Below, piece after piece: positions 24,777 to 29,450 of a stretch of DNA of 29,450 nucleotides. A program made the position numbers and the translations under genes. Below the pieces are notes generated by a model that saw only the letters and a list, made by a program, of their open reading frames with translations, was not told the DNA's origin and searched no databases. Origin of the DNA: an uncultured bacterium (GTDB taxonomy: Bacteria; Patescibacteriota; Minisyncoccia; Phycocordibacterales; PALSA-1337); assembly GCA_903826185.1 (NCBI GenBank), contig CAIKDL010000076.1, positions 1 to 29,450 on the forward strand, given 5' to 3'. Positions within the stretch are counted from its first letter, which is position 1; each line of letters starts with the position of its first letter.

Positions 24777-24860
24777 GACGAAATTTTCGTCATTTTCGTG
24801 ACTCTAGTTTGGTCTATTTTTAGGCCCGAGTTACGCGACGTTTTTGACGAATTTTTCGTC
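24777..24860. promoter_or_regulatory. Two 15-bp palindromes GACGAA-N3-TTCGTC (24777-24791, 24846-24860)
   Basis: Read directly in the rnc-smc intergenic region, 69 bp apart. Confidence 0.5.
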
Positions 24861-24920
24861 GAATTTGCATAGTCTCTCGAAATGTATGTGCCGACCATCC
24901 AGAAGTCCTCACATGTAGTT

Positions 24921-25619
24921 TTACCACCCCTTAGCGTCAAGTGCTTTTTCAGCAGCCTTCTGTTCGGCATCTTGCTTACTTGGGCCAGAACCAGTCGCGA
25001 CTTGCACATCACCCAAGAAAACTCCCAAAGTAAATTGCTTATCATGATCCGGACCAACTTCCTTCAAAGTCTTGTACGAAGGAGTAAGCCCAACTTTTTC
25101 CTGCGCTCTTTCCTGGAAACGACTCTTGGCATCAAGCCAAAGTTTTTTGGAAACGATTTCATCTATATCCAAAATATCGAGCAAATGATCAGCAATAAAG
25201 TTCGCGGCGGCATTGTAGCCCTGATCGAGATATATGGCACCGATGACAGCTTCGACGGCATTTGCCAAGATGATCGAACGTGCACGGCCTTTGTCTTTGG
25301 ACTCGCCACGAGACAACATAATAAAATCATTCAAAGCGATATGCTCGGCCACCTTCATGAGACTGTTGGCATTCACTAGAGCTGCACGATATGCAGTTAA
25401 ATCACCTTCGGCGCGATGCGGAAATTTTCGAAAAAGAAAACTGGTAATAATCAGCTCCAAAACAGCGTCACCGAGAAACTCCAAACGTTCGTTGTGTTCG
25501 AATCCAGCGCCTTTGTTCTCATTCAAAAAAGATCGGTGCGTGCAAGCTGTGCGCAATAAAGAGATGTCGTTGAATTCAACACCTATTTGCTTAGCCAGTT
25601 TTGCTATGTCGCTTTTCAT
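24921..25619 (-). CDS. rnc: Ribonuclease III
   Basis: HNERLEFLGDAVL signature, ANAVEAVIGAIYLD, C-terminal dsRBD. Confidence 0.98.
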   Translation of the reverse strand: MKSDIAKLAKQIGVEFNDISLLRTACTHRSFLNENKGAGFEHNERLEFLGDAVLELIITSFLFRKFPHRAEGDLTAYRAALVNANSLMKVAEHIALNDFIMLSRGESKDKGRARSIILANAVEAVIGAIYLDQGYNAAANFIADHLLDILDIDEIVSKKLWLDAKSRFQERAQEKVGLTPSYKTLKEVGPDHDKQFTLGVFLGDVQVATGSGPSKQDAEQKAAEKALDAKGW

Positions 25620-25664
25620 TATTAAAAATTTCGCACTTTAGGCCTTACGCTTTGCACCTTGCAC

Positions 25665-26555
25665 CTAACTCAACATCGTCACAGCCTTGGTCACGATTGG
25701 TAAGATGTCATTGTAAAAATTCAGCTCCAAGATATCAGAAAGCTTAAACCACTTAGCATCATCGAGACCAGGCTTCTTAACCAAGGTAAGCGTTTCGAAG
25801 ACTGATTCCGCCATATAATAATGCACTTGCTTGCGAAGCTTGCCGATCTCCGGATCATTGGCGATGTATTCGTTGTTGCCAAGGTCAGCCTTTATCTCGA
25901 CATTCAGTCCAATTTCTTCTTTCACTTTAGCAATGGTGCCATCTTTCGGATCTACACCTTCTGGAATCTTACCCTTGGACAAAGTCCAATGACCGAAGAC
26001 GTCATGCACAAAAGCTAGATATACCTCTTTACCATTTTTCGCATAGACGACCGCACCGCCGAGGTGCTGAATTGGCATCTTCTCATATGGAACCTCTGGG
26101 ATCTTTTTCTTGGCTGGAGTGGCGTCTTTACCAGGTTCACCAAGCTCTTTGTAGACCGCCCCGAGCACACCATTCACAAAGCGTCCGCTGGTCTCGCCTC
26201 CAAAAGTCTTAGCCAATTCGATAGCTTCGTTGATGGCAACTTTGGCCGGCACTTCATCACGATCAGCAAAAAGCAATTCGTAAAGACCGACACGCAAAAC
26301 ATTACGATCGACTGGAGAGATCTTATCTAACGGCCAATCCGGGGCGGCCTTAACCATGATGTCATCGATCTCTGTGCGCTTGGCGACAATACCTTTGAAT
26401 AATTCTTCAATAAACGAAACATCCGCAAGTCCAGGAGCAAATTCCTTGACGTCACGAGTTATGATAGCTGTAGCTTTTTCATCATGCTGGCCAGCCACAT
26501 CCCATTCGAAGAGAGCCTGTAAGACTATTGAACGTGATAGGTGTCTATTTGCCAT
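25665..26555 (-). CDS. nusB: Transcription antitermination factor NusB fused to a Nudix-fold domain
   Basis: RHLSRSIVLQALFE, DRNVLR, VAINEAIELAKTFG, FVNGVLG; the C-terminal half has WTLSKG...KEEIGL, a degenerate Nudix box. Confidence 0.92.
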   Translation of the reverse strand: MANRHLSRSIVLQALFEWDVAGQHDEKATAIITRDVKEFAPGLADVSFIEELFKGIVAKRTEIDDIMVKAAPDWPLDKISPVDRNVLRVGLYELLFADRDEVPAKVAINEAIELAKTFGGETSGRFVNGVLGAVYKELGEPGKDATPAKKKIPEVPYEKMPIQHLGGAVVYAKNGKEVYLAFVHDVFGHWTLSKGKIPEGVDPKDGTIAKVKEEIGLNVEIKADLGNNEYIANDPEIGKLRKQVHYYMAESVFETLTLVKKPGLDDAKWFKLSDILELNFYNDILPIVTKAVTMLS

Positions 26556-26577
26556 TTTGATGAAAGAACGATTTTAG

Positions 26578-26626
26578 TTAAACTCTAAATCCTAAATTCT
26601 AAACAAACTCAAGATTCAATGTTCAA
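26578..26626. repeat. Heptamer-periodic low-complexity array
   Basis: TTAAACT CTAAATC CTAAATT CTAAACA AACTCAA GATTCAA TGTTCAA. Confidence 0.6.
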
Positions 26627-26664
26627 GTACACACACTGACTACCCGACGAATCACTTACGCTAA

Positions 26665-26895
26665 CTACTTCGCGGCGACCTTCTTCTTGGCTTCTGACTT
26701 CTTGGCCTTAGCTGCTACCTTGGCAGCCAAATCTATAACTACACGACCATTGTAAGACCCGCAATTCATGCAGACACAGTGGCTCTTATGAGGAGCGCCA
26801 CACTTCTCGCACTTCGAAACACGCACTGCGTCGAGGGCGTGATGAGAGCGTCTATTGTTGCGGTGTGACCGCGTTGCACGCATTCGGTTTACCAT
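26665..26895 (-). CDS. rpmF: 50S ribosomal protein L32 with Lys/Ala-rich C-terminal extension
   Basis: RATRSHRNNRRSH, CxxC...CxxCGSY zinc ribbon. Confidence 0.95.
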   Translation of the reverse strand: MVNRMRATRSHRNNRRSHHALDAVRVSKCEKCGAPHKSHCVCMNCGSYNGRVVIDLAAKVAAKAKKSEAKKKVAAK

Positions 26896-26981
26896 GGACA
26901 GTAGTATTGCATATTATTTAAAGTGGCGCAAGATGGCAAACTATGTTATATTTTTTTGGTAAGTTTTTCGCGAAAACGCGC

Positions 26982-27090
26982 GCGCCCATAGCTGTTTTGG
27001 TAGATATACAGACATGGGTGGCACAAAGTGAGTTAGTTGATTGAAAAATTATATGCGCCATAGCTGTTTTGGTAGAATGCAGCTTAGCGT
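26982..27090 (+). repeat. Two degenerate copies of the tRNA-Lys 5' end
   Basis: GCGCCCATAGCTGTTTTGGTAGA (26982-27004) and GCGCCATAGCTGTTTTGGTAGA (27055-27076) versus the tRNA's GCGCCCATAGCTCAGCTGGTAGA. Confidence 0.8.
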
Positions 27091-27094
27091 AAAT

Positions 27095-27167
27095 GCGCCC
27101 ATAGCTCAGCTGGTAGAGCAGATCCCTCTTAAGGATAAGGTCGTAGGTTCGATCCCTACTGGGCGCA
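27095..27167 (+). tRNA. trnK: tRNA-Lys(CTT)
   Basis: GCGCCCA/TGGGCGC acceptor, ATCC-CTCTTAA-GGAT anticodon arm, GGTTCGATCC. Confidence 0.97.
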
Positions 27168-27174
27168 CAACGTA

Positions 27175-27282
27175 GTCAGCCGGCCCCATGAAGCCTAAAC
27201 GGCGCACAAAATTGGTTAGCCGGCCCCATGAAGCCTAAACGGCGCACAAGTGAGCCAGTCCATGAAGCCTAAACGGCACACA
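27175..27282 (+). repeat. Three tandem ~35-bp repeats ending in the tRNA-Lys 3' terminus
   Basis: GTNAGCCGGCCCCATGAAGCCTAAACGGCGCACAA at 27175-27209 and 27215-27249, degenerate copy at 27250-27282. GGCGCACAA equals the tRNA end at 27162-27170. Confidence 0.9.
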
Positions 27283-27300
27283 GATAAATAAAATTTATAA

Positions 27301-27334
27301 TACATTGACTTGCGTGTCATTTTCTGTCAATGTA
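27301..27334. promoter_or_regulatory. Inverted repeat TACATTGAC-N16-GTCAATGTA upstream of the MFS gene
   Basis: Perfect 9-bp arms; the left arm overlaps a TTGACT -35-like hexamer. Confidence 0.4.
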
Positions 27335-27419
27335 AATTTTGGCGTAGTTGGCGTAGTTGTTTGACAATTTCGTGAAATTTAGTAACTGAAACCAAATCTC
27401 AAAATAATAAGGAGGTGGC

Positions 27420-28673
27420 ATGAATGCCCCCGCTCAAACGGTAAAGACTCACCGGATCAGCATTCGTGAAGAGAAACGCCTCTGGCTTTATCTCATCGCG
27501 CAACTGATCTCGCTCACTTTCACATTGCTGCAAAACGCAGCGTTGTGTAGGTGGGCCGTAGAGAAAGTCGGTAAAGCCAATTCCGGACCGGTCGTAGGTC
27601 TGATATCGGCTCTCGGCTTGGTGCTTGGAGCATTGCTGGGACCAATCTTTGGCCACATCATCGATCGATCCAATAAGCATCGCGTACTTCTGTTAACCTC
27701 CAGTCTCGGATTCGTACAGGCGGCTCTTCTGAGTTACTTGTGCTACATCAACAGACTAACGTTGGCAGGAGTATATCAGTTGGCATTGTTCGGCAGCCTT
27801 ATCAGCGCTGCCGACGTCGTGATCCGTAATGCCTACGTGAGACACATCGTCGAAGAACACAATGTGCATCGTGCCGTAGGATTCTTCGTCACGTTGTATA
27901 ACTTCGCCTTGATGTTAGGACCAGGTCTCGTAGACGTATTGCTCAAGCACTTCGGCTTCGCCGGAGTCTTCGGACTGAACGCTTTGTCGTTCCTGGTCCT
28001 CTTGGCTTTAGTCTGGAACATCGCCGTTCCGCATGTCAGCGCTAAGAACGAACGAGTAATGAGCTTAAGCCAACATCTGCGCAAAGGTGCGCGATATGTG
28101 TTCATTGAAGATTCTCAAGTGAGAACATGCATCATCCTAATCGCTCTCATGAGCATATTCGGAATGACCTGCAACTCGATGTTGTCAGTCATCTCCGCCA
28201 ACATGTTCAAAGACGATCGAAGCACTTTCGGTCTCTTGGCACGCACTCTGGGATTGGGGTCCTTGGTCGGTTCTGTCCTCACCATCGCTTTTTCGAAGCG
28301 TTGGCCACGGACATTCATCGTCGGCGGCTTATCGATCCTCGGGCTATCACAATGTATGCTTTCTCAACTAAGCATCGTTTGGCAAGGTCAGGTGGCCTTG
28401 TTCATGGTTGGCGTCGGATTGATGATGTGCTTCTCAACGACCCAGTCACTGATACAAACGCTCGGCAGTAAAAAACATGAGTTGCCAGGCACAACGATCG
28501 GTTGGAGAAACTCCGCGTTCTTCGGAGGCTGGATGCTCGGATCCTACATCCTGGGTCACGTCGCCAAGATGTTCGGCTGTCCCCAAATGCTGCTCTCAAG
28601 CGGCTGTGCCATGGTCATGGTCGGCATCATTATCCTAGTCGTCAATCCCGACCTCACTGTTCACAAAGAATAG
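27420..28673 (+). CDS. Major facilitator superfamily transporter (EntS/MFS_3-like exporter)
   Basis: About 12 hydrophobic segments, motif A GPIFGHIIDRSNKHRVL, LGPGL in TM5; SD TAAGGAGGT. Confidence 0.88.
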   Translation: MNAPAQTVKTHRISIREEKRLWLYLIAQLISLTFTLLQNAALCRWAVEKVGKANSGPVVGLISALGLVLGALLGPIFGHIIDRSNKHRVLLLTSSLGFVQAALLSYLCYINRLTLAGVYQLALFGSLISAADVVIRNAYVRHIVEEHNVHRAVGFFVTLYNFALMLGPGLVDVLLKHFGFAGVFGLNALSFLVLLALVWNIAVPHVSAKNERVMSLSQHLRKGARYVFIEDSQVRTCIILIALMSIFGMTCNSMLSVISANMFKDDRSTFGLLARTLGLGSLVGSVLTIAFSKRWPRTFIVGGLSILGLSQCMLSQLSIVWQGQVALFMVGVGLMMCFSTTQSLIQTLGSKKHELPGTTIGWRNSAFFGGWMLGSYILGHVAKMFGCPQMLLSSGCAMVMVGIIILVVNPDLTVHKE

Positions 28674-28687
28674 TTCGTCACAAATCA

Positions 28688-28729
28688 TCCCGCTAGCCTC
28701 ACTTGTTTCGAGGCTGGCGGGAATTTTTT
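28688..28729 (+). terminator. Intrinsic terminator of the MFS gene
   Basis: TCCCGCTAGCCTC/GAGGCTGGCGGGA stem (one G.U) followed by ATTTTTT. Confidence 0.85.
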
Positions 28730-28803
28730 ATGTCAATATTTATATTAAATTTATATAATAAACGAGACAAAAGTTAGTTTTTGTTATAAACTGAGCCGCA
28801 AGC

Positions 28804-28885
28804 GCCGGGGTGGCGAAATTGGTAGACGCACGTGGCTTAGGACCACGCGGAGCAATCCTTGGAGGTTCGAGTCCTCTCCCCGGCA
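28804..28885 (+). tRNA. trnL: tRNA-Leu(TAG)
   Basis: GCCGGGG/CCCCGGC acceptor, CGTGG-CTTAGGA-CCACG anticodon arm, long variable arm, GGTTCGAGTCC. Confidence 0.97.
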
Positions 28886-28968
28886 CAAAACGAACGAAGA
28901 GAGTTTTATACCGATTTTTAGCAATTTTTAGGCCTTATTTGGGCCGTGTTTGGGTATTTGATAACACC

Positions 28969-28997
28969 TTGACTTTTTGTACCAAATATGGTAGACT
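28969..28997 (+). promoter_or_regulatory. Promoter TTGACT-N17-TAGACT (with TG extension)
   Basis: Near-consensus hexamers at 17-bp spacing upstream of the ORF at 29138. Confidence 0.6.
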
Positions 28998-29137
28998 TAT
29001 CGGTGAAGCAGTTCCCTGTGTCTGCGTGGTAAAACTACAAAGATATAGGCGTTGACAATTGAATATTGCCAATAAACAAACGATCGAAAATCAACAATGA
29101 GCTGTGCCCGAAAGGCCAGCTATAAGGAGGCCATAAT

Positions 29138-29450
29138 ATGGCAACTACAGCAACACTACCTGGCGCACCCGCACCAGCAGCAAGACCGCAGAAAAAGAAG
29201 GGCCCGCCGCCATTAATCTTGCCGAAAGCGCGCAAGGTCAAGAGGGCACCCGGTTCCAGCGGTTTGGCACCAGATCCAAAACCGTTGCTACCAGTTAAGA
29301 AGAACTCGGACCTAGGAATAGGGGCGCTCGTCGTCAATATCCTTCTAGCGCTCGTGGTCATCCTGGTAGTCGGTGTGGTAACCCGGTTCATCACAGATGA
29401 GCCGATGTTCTACGTCACCGTGCCACTCTTGGTAACTTGGGGATTGTTCG
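29138..29450 (+). CDS. Orphan membrane protein, partial: Pro/Lys-rich N-terminus then TM helices
   Basis: Hand-translated MATTATLPGAPAPAARPQKKKGPPPLILPK...GALVVNILLALVVILVVGVV...; SD AAGGAGG; runs off the right edge; not in the track. Confidence 0.7.
   Translation, partial: MATTATLPGAPAPAARPQKKKGPPPLILPKARKVKRAPGSSGLAPDPKPLLPVKKNSDLGIGALVVNILLALVVILVVGVVTRFITDEPMFYVTVPLLVTWGLF

Noticed and set aside
702-25641. Long antisense ORFs (702-1268, 2200-2967, 4132-4710, 5498-5977, 20323-20766, 24232-24708, 24882-25379, 25234-25641 and similar)
   Set aside because: They lie opposite well-supported genes and carry no motifs; typical antisense shadows.
27175-27282. CRISPR array
   Set aside because: Spacers are only 0-5 nt, there are no cas genes, and the repeat ends match the adjacent tRNA.
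29035-29394. 119-aa minus-strand ORF
   Set aside because: Shadow of the plus-strand ORF at 29138, which has the promoter, SD and TM segments.
1-29450. Alternative genetic code (TGA recoding as in Gracilibacteria)
   Set aside because: Conserved genes are intact under code 11 and rarA and the ORF upstream of lexA end in TGA.

Overview
29.45 kb of a small-genome bacterium using genetic code 11. Gene content and order (rpmF-nusB/Nudix-rnc-short smc, short dnaX, ftsQ-like, serS, hyp-lexA-rarA) look like Patescibacteria/CPR (Parcubacteria-like); this is an inference. The core genes are dnaX, dus, a D-Ala-D-Ala carboxypeptidase, ftsQ-like, serS, dprA, topA, parB, miaA, rarA, lexA, rpmG, alr, clpB, smc, rnc, nusB and rpmF, plus six tRNAs (Gln-TTG, Leu-CAA, Trp-CCA, Tyr-GTA, Lys-CTT, Leu-TAG). 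Orphan or accessory genes are interspersed, most with a -35/-10 promoter, a Shine-Dalgarno and a terminator, whereas six core-backbone genes have a -10 hexamer exactly 6 nt before ATG (leaderless-like). No CRISPR array, integrase or transposase was seen. The most unusual signals are non-coding: (1) a 166-bp unit bounded by a 19-bp duplication of the tRNA-Trp 3' end; (2) tRNA-Lys flanked by copies of its own 5' end and by tandem repeats ending in its 3' end; (3) a dispersed palindromic element whose loop is inverted between two copies, one of them next to a small HTH gene; (4) a promoter- and terminator-bounded 6S-like RNA candidate. Protein oddities are a stand-alone TSCPD/NrdJ-C-terminal-like protein, a hingeless mini-SMC and a NusB-pseudo-Nudix fusion. 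All calls were made by eye, with no database searches.
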